Source: Fimbriosthenelais zetlandica (Eukaryota). Taken from it: a DNA stretch of 64,000 nucleotides. The stretch spans positions 12,028,001-12,092,000 of the forward strand of contig OZ365112.1 of assembly GCA_977030845.1 (NCBI GenBank), read 5' to 3'. The notes beneath the pieces were generated by a model. The model was not told the origin of the DNA. It did no database searches and saw only the letters and a list, made by a program, of their open reading frames with translations. Shown in pieces: positions 11,882-23,800 of this stretch. Each line of letters starts with the position of its first letter. Position 1 is the first letter of the stretch. The translations under genes and the position numbers were made by a program.

Positions 11882-14800
11882 GTACTCTCCAAGCCTGTAA
11901 AACAAGCTGAGAGTGGGAGAGACTAGGAGCATGAGAGGGATAGGAGAGTGGATAGAGAACAGGAGAAATTCTGTTAATTTGAAAATACTTCTGTAATGAA
12001 CAGGCAAAGTACTCAGTCCAGACAAGGCTCACATATCCACCTGTTACTCAGCTCTCCTTATCATTTGAATTAAAGGATCAGAGCCTAAAGGATTTTCATT
12101 CAGCACAACTTGCAATGGGGATTTTGTGAGGAGCATTGTATGCTTGCATACTATAGTGGACAACAGGTGCTTCCACGACCACATGTGGTGAAGTATTTCA
12201 CAGTTGGTGCTCCCTCTACATCCCTCCAGTCTACCTCACATTCCACAGCAATGAAGAAACTTTGGGTTTAAAAAGCCAGGACAAAATCATGGGGATTAAT
12301 AGTTGTTCTCATTAAGTGGCAAAGGAATACTTGACAAGGGATGGTCAAGACATTTTGAGTGAATTGCTTGAGAAAAGGCATGGGTATGATGCACGTTGTG
12401 GAACACACCCTCTCCCCTAGAACCACAGGGGTGGCTTATAACTATACCCGGGTGGTGAGACCGCCTGCTGGACGGATGGCTCCCGGACTTAACGGCTCCG
12501 TCTTCGGGGGAGCTTCACATAGCTGGCCTTTCAGGGGCCTGGGAGCGGATAACGTTCACTCTTCATCCAATAAGGGCATATTCCCCAATGGTAAGCAGTG
12601 TCATCTTTTGAGTTTTCTATCATGGGTAACATTAGGGAAAGGCGGGATATCAGGAATGAAAATTAGTAGGAATCTGTTGCATTTCTGAATTTTAATAATT
12701 TTGAGGAAAGAATTGTTAAATGCTAAAATCCAGATATAAGCCTATAGATCTGTAGATAGAACACATGGACCAGTTGCAGAACTTACAAACGCATCGTGCA
12801 TATTTTATAAGAAACAGACCCCAGTAAACTATTTTACAAATCTCAAACAGTATTCAGGACCTGTCCAGAGCTGTCCGGCCTTGAGAACATGTCCAGAATG
12901 CTGATCTAAAAAAAAAATAAAAGACGATCAAAGGAGTTGAGTAAAACATTGGGTGGCGGTGATGGATGTGGGGAGGTGGGACGCTGGTCGTGTCTCAATC
13001 AATCATAAAAGCACGGCTGACACAATGAAAGCTACACGGCCATTAGGTGTAAGGCGAGAGTCAGAGATGGAAGACACGGCACAGAGGAAAGAGAGCCTGG
13101 ACACAAACAATATGGGTGTGAGGACAATTTTACACTGACCTAGTTTGGTTCAGATTTTGACCAGAGAGTCATTACCTTGGTGTAATGTAGACAGGCAGAA
13201 AATTTTCCAATATCTTAACTTTTACTTTATTTGCAATGGCCAAGTAATTGCTGTAATGCAAATCAATGGTCATATTTTTTATTGGCGTACAGAGGCCTAA
13301 TTCATGAGAAATCATGAGATCTATATTGTAGGAAAGAACATCGTAAGGTGTAATTGGTGGCCTGGGTAATTTGACTGCCATTTTAATTATTTTTTGAACG
13401 AGTCACGAGTCGTTGTCTCCATGATTCATCTTCCTGTCATAATGATTTTACACAGCATTGGCCACCAGCAGATTTCTTAACTCTGTGCTTATTATTTATT
13501 TCATCAGGGTTTTATCAATAAACTATATATCTAGAGACGCCTATATAAGCGGCGGTGAAGCTTGAGCTATATAGGGTATCTTAGAATTGTCCACCCATGC
13601 ATGTGATGTGGCGATGGTGGTTGGTCACTAGCTTAATTAAGGCCATCCCCAGGCACACTATTGTTTACATAGGCTTCAGCTCCTTGGCCTTTTGTTTAGG
13701 GAATTGCCTTGGTTTTTGTTACTTTATCTGAAATGCCTGCGTCCTTATGGATTGTGGCAGTTTGTAGGCAGTAAGGACCTTAGAGAAAGGTCTGTTAACT
13801 CAAAGTATTAAAGCAGGGTATTCTAGTATGGGGTAACAGTATACTCCCTGTGGTTCCCTCTAGTCCCATATGAGGAACTTTTGTTGGGAATAATAGGCTA
13901 TACAGCTCTCCGGTAACGAGTCAAGAACTGCTGAATAGCGCAGGGAAATGATCTTTAGGCCCTGTTTTTCCTCAAACCATGCCAATACAACAAGCAAAGA
14001 AAGATAATAGATAGGAAAAGGTAAACTAAGTGTAATGGAAATCCATACGCATGTTCGCCTGGGGCAAGTTGATATTTGCTTACACTACTTACACGCGCTA
14101 TCTGTCTTGGCTGTGAGTAGTATCATGAAATAGGGATATGGTTCTGGTCATGATTCACGAATAATTTCTGTTTTAACTATTCTAACTCTCTCCCCTTCTG
14201 TCTCAAACGGCCCCCGTTTGTATTCATTCCCCCTTTTGTTCCTCCGTCCATTCTTCTACTTGCTCAGCATGCAAGACAATACATCTGATGCTTTAAGCCC
14301 TGTAAAATGTTACCGAGAAACAAGTTCTCCCACTAGACTGGAACGCATTAAAGGTTATACTACACCATGAGGTTGAGAACTGTGAGGAAAATAGAGCTGA
14401 GCGCTTAATGTCTCTTCTATTTCCTTTTAAAAAGCATCATCCTCTCAAAGGTGAACACAGACAATGTGTTAGCAACACCTAAGGCATTGCCTAAACAATG
14501 GTTTGCACCATGACTCTTTTAAAGAGTCAAGAGAAGTTGGATAAAAGGATGTACAGGCAAAATAAACGTTTGTATAGACGATTTTAATGTGTAGATTTAA
14601 GACGAGGACTGTCTTGTTCTGTGCACAGTACCTTTGTAGAAAATTATCTTGTGGAATATTCCTAGTCCCATATATATAATTCCCTCAAGATTGCAGGCTA
14701 GCAAAGTGAGACTGACAGTGTTGAAATCGTCCCTATCTAATGCCTTAGAAGTTCCAAGCAGAATAATGTGAAGTATCTGAGTCAACTGCTTAAATAAGTA

Positions 14801-17800
14801 ATGTACAAAGGCATGCACTTTCACTTAGTCTGTCTGTAGAATTATTATTCTGAGATCGCTGAAGAGGAGAGATGGGACGCTATACAAATAGCAGGAATAT
14901 CAGAAGGTCGCTTTAATCCAGGCAGGAAGGGGAGCTTCCTGAGGGAAGCGTGGGGAAGGAAACATCATGATTTTGTTAAGGGAGATGGGAACTAGATAAT
15001 AAGGTCTCGTCAGATTGCCAGAATCAGAAGAAATCCTCAGAAGTTGAGGAGTTGGAAAGATTGACTGAAACAGGCTGAGGCTGGCTGATAAAGATTTCTT
15101 TGAGTATTAAACTGATTGCAGACCCAGATTTTAAAATGGCATATAAATTGAGAGTAATTGAATATACATGTGAACAATATGCATCCCTTGCCAAATGCAA
15201 TCGTTCTTCATTGCAAATTCCCTCACATCAATTGCATTTCCCCTACTCTCAGTGCAATGTCTCTGAATGCAATATCAAAGTCAAGTCTATCATGGCCCTT
15301 GATGTTTGGTTCAAAACTGCAAATAAGCATGCTTAGTCTGGGATGATGTAAAAGAAATGCTAGGACGAGTCAGTGCATAATTTATTTTTCCGGCCTGGTT
15401 TCAGTACGAACATTTGAATCTGTATTTTCTCAGGTTCTACTCTTTTTTTTAAACGAACTCCAATATTTCAATCTTGCTTGAGTTTGATGGTCGACCAAAG
15501 TGCCCTTTTATGGAATGCACTGGTTTAAATCTTCCCCCGCCCGCCGATAGGGCCTGATCAAGCGCTGTTATCAGTGGTAGCTCCCCCTGGCGTGTGATTG
15601 GGCTGAGATAAGATGTTATCAGTAGAGGGGGTGGAGGGGAGGACTGGTAGGAGGGTGATAACAAGACGCACGTCTTCATATGAGAAGCGGGTTTAACCGA
15701 CATATAGTGAGTGCTACATACACCGCCTTATCACAGGCTTCACAGGTACTTTACTCAAGTATCAAACCTGCTTCATGACCTGGGGCATGTACCTCTTAGT
15801 CCTTTACCCACGTTGAGACTTCAATCCCATCATAACTCCTCAATCAGTAACTGTTAGTCACTTAATCATTTAGTCAGTCAGAGAGTCACTCAGTCACTCG
15901 CTCCTCCCCGAGTAGTCTCATATAAAAGAAGCAGGGGACTGCACGCATGTGAGACCCTCGAGTAAATGCTAGAAATTATCGGGGAATAAATTTATAAGCA
16001 TGCTCGAAGTGCTCAGAAATAGCAGTTTATTGCACTCTTCTACACACTCCAACCCAAGGCCTGTGCTACTCAGGCCTATCGCTTACTTGCTCTCTCACTC
16101 ACTTTACTTACTCAATCCTCACTTACTTACTCGCTCTCGTATACTACTCACTCCCTCACAGTGTGAGGAAGGATATAAGTATTAAATTAAGGAGTATATC
16201 TTGGAGGTAATCTGAGAAGTCGAGTTACAAATTTCTTCACGATGGTTCATATTAAATCTGATATCCCACGAGATATCTGAAATCAAATTCCTCTCTCAAT
16301 ATGAACATGCCACAGTATACATCTCGAATTTTCATCTTAACTCAGTTCAGCCGCAAACCACGAAGATGTAGATTAAGAAAACTGATTTTATAATATTTCC
16401 TCCTCTTGAATCTATTTATTGCATTAATGTTAACGGATGTTTCAAACATTAATTCATGATTAAAAACTTCCATACAGCTGATTTCAACCAAATAGGCTTA
16501 ATGGTCGTCCCCGTCTGTGATTTCCCTTATACAATGCCAATTGAAATAGGTTTTTAAGGGGCATTTCTTGAAAATGTAATAAGATTCATCTTTCGATAGA
16601 TCTGCATCATGAATATGGAAATTTGAGATAAACTCATTCCCAGTGTTTCTTGGGAAAATGAAAAGTCAGCCAAAGTCCATTTTGATAAATTTCAAGGCAA
16701 AGATTGTCAAAAGCAGTTAAATACTATTATTATGAGCTACTCATGGACCCACGTCCCTCCCTCAGAAGCAACGAAAAGGCGAAGACAGTCTGAGTAGACT
16801 TGTAAATATAAAGAGAAAACTTGGAGCACATTCTACTACAAGTGTTAAGGAAGGAAATAGACAGAAATAAGGACTACTAGCCACTGAGACACCAATTACC
16901 AAAGCGTTCCTAAATTGCCCCATTAGACTTTAAACCAGCACGCTTCCACCCAAGTCACGTGTTTATGAGGATTATTTATAGCACGAGAAATGGCGAGAAA
17001 ACGTGAGATTTGATTGATGGCCCATTTGATGGATGGAGGGTGATCTAAAATAGTAAAATATAGCTGTGTGGGAATTAAACGAATCCAATCTCATTGCCTG
17101 GGGGAAAGAAAATCTATATAGACACTCGTTAAACCCACTTTTATCCATCAAATGGGATAATACTCCTTGGCTATAAACTTCTTATTTCCTGGTGCTTCAT
17201 TGCTTTGTGTAATTTCCTGGTGCATAGTGCCTGAATCGATGGCCTTAAATGGATAGTTCTTTTCCGAAGCTATTTTGCTTGGAGACGTTACAGGCTCCAT
17301 GTCCATTTGATATGAGAATCAATTGATTCCCGCTATGTATTGTTTGATATCTTATTTGTCCTCGTCTTTTTAGGCACTTGGATCGGTATTTAATATTTGC
17401 AATGATAGGACACATAAAATAAACAAAAAGGATTTCCTTTGTTTGCAGATATGGTAATATTTCAACAATTATGCCTCTCTCAAAATTTAGTTGCGAGGAT
17501 GTCCATAATGTCCATAATTGTGGGAATATAACATATTCATGTTAATTGTGGAATGCTTAAATTAATATTCATTCCCAGTTCCATTAAACTAACTACTTTC
17601 CCACGATTCTAATATGGAGTGCATCATATACATTCATTAAGGATGGGATGAGATTATTGTAATCTGCCACTCTCGTCCTTCATTCTGTCTCCTCTTCCCA
17701 TCCCCGTGTCGATCCCCACCAATTCTACATGCCTTTCCAAAATTACACTTTCACGATCACATTATCCATCATATCCTGTTGAATTGCAATTCAAAATTTC

Positions 17801-20800
17801 AGTGCATTTAACCACTGCTGCCAAATTCATTGCTGGTAGGATAAAAAGATTTTGTGGGGCATTTTCTGGTATGCCAGATCTGTTATCATATACAGACTAA
17901 TGGCACTTGATGGTAACGCATGAAGTATATTCAACATAAGGGGATATGTCTGAGTGCATCCCCCCAGGCATGGCAACATTATAGTTGACAAATGTCATGT
18001 TCTACCACCACATGGGGGTCACTTACTCAAAAGGCTAAGATCTATCGAGAACTCAAGGGTATTTGTTTTCACTGCATGTATCCACCTATGTGCATGGGTT
18101 TTACCCATATCATCATGTATACAGTGCATATTGCACTTGGCTGAAATTTCCAGCAATATTTCTGTTGCATCAGGCAAAGGTTTTTTGATTATTCATAAAG
18201 CAAAACGGCAAATTATTTTGCAAACCGACCATGCCGGGAATTTGTGATGAATACCTTTGACATTTTAACTTTTCAAAGTGATGCGCGGATGGAGAAGCAC
18301 ACGATTTCCCATGGGAAAGGGCTCTCGAGTTATGTTAGAGAGAGGGACAGAGGACAGATGGAGAGATGAAAAGAGAGAGGCAATAACAGAGGTGAAATGG
18401 AACACAGGTGATGGCTATATTTAGTTATGGACAAGTTTTCACAAGTGTCCCCCTTCACTCCCCCACTAAAACCACTGCCTCTATGCCTTTACCCCTTCAG
18501 GCTGTGATTCGGGGGGCTCTCTTTGTGTCACTGGTTCTCTCTATCCCAACCCGGGGCTGCAGCGTATAGAACCCTGGGCCTCTATCATTACATGTAGAAA
18601 GGCCCCTATCCTCAGCCCCCAAATCATCCCCGGTCCTTTGATGGATCTGCAACATGACAATAACCCCGTCCTTTTGCTTTCGACCAGATCACAGCATAAA
18701 TGGCAGGCCCGGCCCAGGGATAAATTGGTAATCGATGGAATGGTTTGAAAACAGCCATCTTGCCTTTTTCGCAAGAGATGAGGGTTTGGTTATAGTATCT
18801 GTCAGACATGTTGCCCTTAATATGCCCCATTAATGACGCTCGTTATGGCCACATCCGTCTTACGGCCATTGGAATTGGGAAGGGACCCTCCTATTTAAAA
18901 AGTCATTTTTGGTCGATGGAAATAGCTCTCGGAAAGGTGACACTTGCTGGACTCGCTTGTAGGCTTTCATTTTCATCTTTGCTGATTGCAGTTCTTGCCA
19001 TGCCTTTTAAGCAAAAACGGTTTTGCCTCTGTTTCCAGGCCCCCTCTTTTAGTACGGTTTCAGGTTGAGAATGGCAATACTGCCTTGATAAGGGAGGAAT
19101 TATTTGCCGAAACTGAAATTATTTATGCATTTGTTATTCCCTAATGTTAGACGGTGTGGAAACCATATGAGCAGGGTTCAAGAGGAAAGGTGGCTGGGAA
19201 TGTTGTTGTTTCTCTGATAGGACCTTACCATTGCCTGCTTGGGTAAAAGGCCAGCAATGTATGAATACTGTAAGTGGCATCTATACTTCAACATCTGCAA
19301 AGGACTTGCGTGATCTGCTCACAGAGATACTCCCCCATCCCATATTAAGGCCATGTTTTTCTAACAACTGTCATTAGCAGAGGCAGAACAGTGCATTGCA
19401 GCATTGCCTCAGCATGCCCTCCTTTGCCATATATGTTGCTTTTCACACACAAAAAACGCCACATATACCACCTTCATCTATCACAAACATTGGCTTATCT
19501 CTGCAAATTACATCCATATCTTAAAAACTAGCAGTGACTGGGAGCATTTTTGCTGTCGTCGTTGCTCATGGATCATCCACAGGACAGTAAATGCATAAAC
19601 CCTGCCTTGTATTGTCAATATATCTTTTTTGTTTCAATACAACCTGGGGCTGCTTTACTCCAGGGTCTTGCCTATGTAGTATACTTACTATATTATGGGG
19701 AGGTGCTATGACACAGCACTGCCATGTATGGGAGCGTTGCTTCCAGATGAGAAATTCCATACTTGAAACATTGTGCCTCAGCTTGTACCTTGTCAATGGT
19801 GGACCTTATTTTTTCCTCTGTACACTGAACTGCTTATTGAATTTACTATGCCGAACCGCCGCAAAATATTAATATGGCCGCAGGCGTAAAACTGATTTCC
19901 TAACAGCTGACATTCAGACAAATAGGAACTACATAATTCATTAAACAAGAAGAAAGCTCACTCATTATTCATTTCGCAAAACCAATACTAAAATGAATCA
20001 ATTTTTGATTTTCTTGTCGGTGCCATCAGCTGTCTGTTGTAAAAATGTGAAGGCAATTGCTTCAAACGTGTGATTAAAGTGTTTCAATTATTAAATGCAT
20101 TACACATCCGTCAGGGCCGGAAATGAAGTGTGTTCTTCATTTACTCTTAACAACCAACAATGGAGGCTCCTGGAACTACTAAAAACATTCAATGTCAAAA
20201 AAATGACAAACAAACTTAGTTTGACAAACTAACCCTATGAAGAAAGAATACAATTGTCAGGAAAGCAACGACAGAGATCCTTTTTACTTTGAAGGTTCTT
20301 TCATATGGAACTTTCAGAATTACAGACCCCTGCAGAATTATTAATTTGCTGATTTTGTACCTCTGCTTCTGTTGTACTGCATTAGCCAAAAATGTCCCAA
20401 GATCAAAGGATCTGTAGCAGTAATATTACTCAAAAGTAAAGCAGTGATATTTGTGAGAGACAACAGAAAGACGCAAATTAGGATCAAAATATGCCCCCAT
20501 TTCTGCTGATTCTGAAGTTTTCTCATGAAGTACAACTTTATGTATTAGATGTATTATTATATAAAGCAAGCATACTCTTATAGATCTGGAAAACCACTTT
20601 GATATTATGTGTCAGACGTTAAACAAGTGCCCATTAATCAGAGCCTTTGCCCGGGACCTGCTGTTCAATTGGCCAATCCATCCACTGATTTTTACCATCA
20701 GCTCACATAAAAGAACTTACTCATATCTTACGCTAACATGGCGGCTATGGGAACCTTTTGTGAGGGGGTTATAATTAAAGATGGCTGATTTATAGGGGAT

Positions 20801-23800
20801 GTCCAGGGGGAGGGTCCGCCAGGCAAAGGTGGGGAAAAAATGTTATAGGGCCCAGTTCTTACGGGGCCGAGTGTTTGTGGGTAATGCCAAATATTTATTA
20901 AAGATATGTTTGTTTGAATATGTTGTGAGAAAGGATTATATGTCAAAATATCAAAATATCATTTCATTCATTTAATCAAGGGAATAGACATAATATTAAA
21001 GAGACTTCATTCCTTTAGTCAGGTAAATATAAATAAAAAAAGACATCGTGTTATAAATCTTTTATTTGCTTGTCATTTCAGGAGGTGTAGGCCTGGTCCT
21101 TGGCCTGGCTTTAGGTGCAGCAGCAGGAGGACTACTTCTAGTAATGTCTGTCTTTGCTGTCCTTCTCAAAAAATGGTATGGTACCCGACCGAAAGGTGGT
21201 TTAGACTTTGACATGGATGATCGAATGACTATAAACTCTTCAAGATCAGCGCCGAACACAAGGTAAGACTATCAATAAGAACTAAATGGTAAAATCGAAA
21301 ATGACATCAAGACATCAAAATTTAATATCCTTAATATGATTGAATTACATTTAAAATGGCCAGGGATTTTAAATGGTCAATGCATTGTATGACTGTAGAA
21401 TATAGATTGGATTTATATTGGGGGCAAGCTAGCTTCCCACTGCACCCCAGTAGTACTTCTGTCCTGTCAGGACATGAACCAATTGGGGTACAGGTTTTCA
21501 TTGTTATCCACACGAAGGTGAGGTGAGGCGTGATGGGTGCCCCCGAGCGGTACAATTGGAACTATGTGGGCAAGCAACTAACCCTTCCACCCACCAACCT
21601 CCCATCTCACGCACCACAACCTTACAATATCATTATTCTCCCTTTGATGCCCCCCTCTCCTCATTTCCTCGCCACAAAGAATGCCTATCCTGAAAGGAAT
21701 GCTCCCGAGGGCTGCAAGTAGAACCTTCATTCTGTCTCCAAAACGTTTCTATTCCGTTCCGTTTGTCCCGTGTAGAATCTACCATTGATGTGCCTCTCGC
21801 GTGGCCGGACATTTATATATGGCCTCCACCGCATGGTGGCGCGTCCCCAATGATAATACCGCAGAACTTATTTGTAGAGCGATGTATATGGGGAGGTCCT
21901 ATCCCCTCTAAATTCACTCTCCCAATGATCCACAGGTGGAGTGAAGGAATTACACAGCCAGCTTGGTCCAATATTTTCCCCGCTCTTCAAAAATTGGTTC
22001 CAATCTAGGTAATGGACACTGAACCTGAAGCACTCGTGGCCATATTCATCATGTGTACTGCCTGACTCCCACTTACAGGCGGCCCTACAAGCCTCACCCC
22101 GACCCATACATCAGACTGAGAGCAGCCTACAAGCTTCATATTCATGTAACACCTTATCTCTGACTGGTCACAGCTAAATTGTAGATGTAGGTAATGGGAA
22201 AATGTCCCATAAATATGGCCATCACTCAAAGCTATACTATATACCTCCACACATCTAATACCATCATATCATCCATCCCTTTTAAAAGCATAATTAATGA
22301 AAGACAAGAAGAAGTCAATATAGAAAGGGCATTTAATTGCTTTTAGGTTGATTGGCTATCAAAATTGATCCAGTCGTGGGCATGGTATATTATAAGTCAT
22401 AAGTGAATAGTGCTCGGCATGCGACCTTGAGGGAATCTTTCACAAGAATTCATGCCTCTTTCTTGGGCTAAGCGATCTATCTACAGGTCCTTTTCCACAG
22501 AAGAATCTTAAAGATTTAGGAAGGCTCCAGGATTTTCTACCTTCCTCTCCCTTTCTCCCTTTTAGTTTTGCAGTACTAGTAGATAAGAAAGAGGAAAGCC
22601 CCTGGCTTCCATATTGTCTCTTCTGCCTTTGCTATCCCTATATTGTTTGTTGAGCATTGTCCTAAGCCAGGGATGGAACTAGGAGCCAAGAGGAAATTTC
22701 TGGGTAATACAGCTGTGTACCTAAATTGGGAAATATAGATATTTCTCGGGATAATGCAGTGGTATATAGTTTCTGTTAGAGTAGCTCTAGTGAAGCTATA
22801 TATCCTCATGAATGATCGAGAGCTTCTCGTCAAGCTGTCCTTATAGATACCAGCGTCTGTCTTGGCTGGTTAGATTAGATTAGGCCACGTGCCTATGAAA
22901 TCTTCATGTCTCATGTATTTTTAATACAGGGAGGCCTGCTATCTGTTAACGTCTACCACAGGATTAGTGCCTTAATCAACAGTATTTCAAGTCTTCTCCA
23001 CTTTCTTCAGAGTTATTTTTCTTTTCCACGGCATCAGCACGTACGTCAGCAAGGGAATATTCGCCATGTGTTGTTTTCGGGCATTGCTTTTCGAAGTCCC
23101 ACCCCACATCCTGCCTTTTCACTCGATCATTCCATCATGGCATCTGTTAAAATCCCTTACACTTTCAAATTGAAATTCAGGGACAACCCTACCAAATCTC
23201 ATTGCATTTCAATCTGACATTGCAGCAAGCCTCCCCATTTTGCTACCACTGATAGAATAGGCCTTATCACGGTATCTATTGAATTATTCCCACCTTCCCA
23301 TTCACTGACAGAATGAAAAAGATCTCAAAGTGATGACGAGCACAGAATTAAATATGCATTATTGATCTCACTTTGCATAATTGGAAGAGAGCTCTGCCTA
23401 TTGCAGTCATAACAATTACCATCCAGCATGGGTCAGACATCTCTTGCTATTTACATACACCCACTTCACCAGTCACTTTCTCCACCCCATACCTGGTAGT
23501 AGCAAGATAGCCTTTCCCCGTGTCCCACCGATGCTACTTTTAATGGCCATCTTTTCCACGTGGCCGGTTTCAATTGGTGATTTTTGAAGCGTGGGTGGAA
23601 GGTCAGAACTGTGCAGGCAGAAAGGCTTCACCAAATTGCCTCCGACTATCAGCGCTCCCTGTGGCAGGTTCTGGTAGTAAGAGGAGTGGGGGCTTATTAC
23701 TCCGGATCATCTGTAGAGCGGAGATAACCCTATAGTTTTCTCTCCTGGAGCTGCCTTCCTCAGAGCGTTCAAGAGACACTAACTTGCCTGGTCTGATGTA

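Noticed and set aside
14268-14353. Alternative first coding exon for the synaptotagmin-like gene (MQDNTSDALSP...RIK, phase 1)
   Set aside because: The donor GTTATA is poor, while 12421-12590 has a consensus donor and a phase-matched upstream exon
20737-20766. ATGGCGGCTATGGGAACCTTTT|gtgagg as a first exon just upstream of the TM exon
   Set aside because: Splicing to 21082 creates an immediate TGA stop (T|GA)
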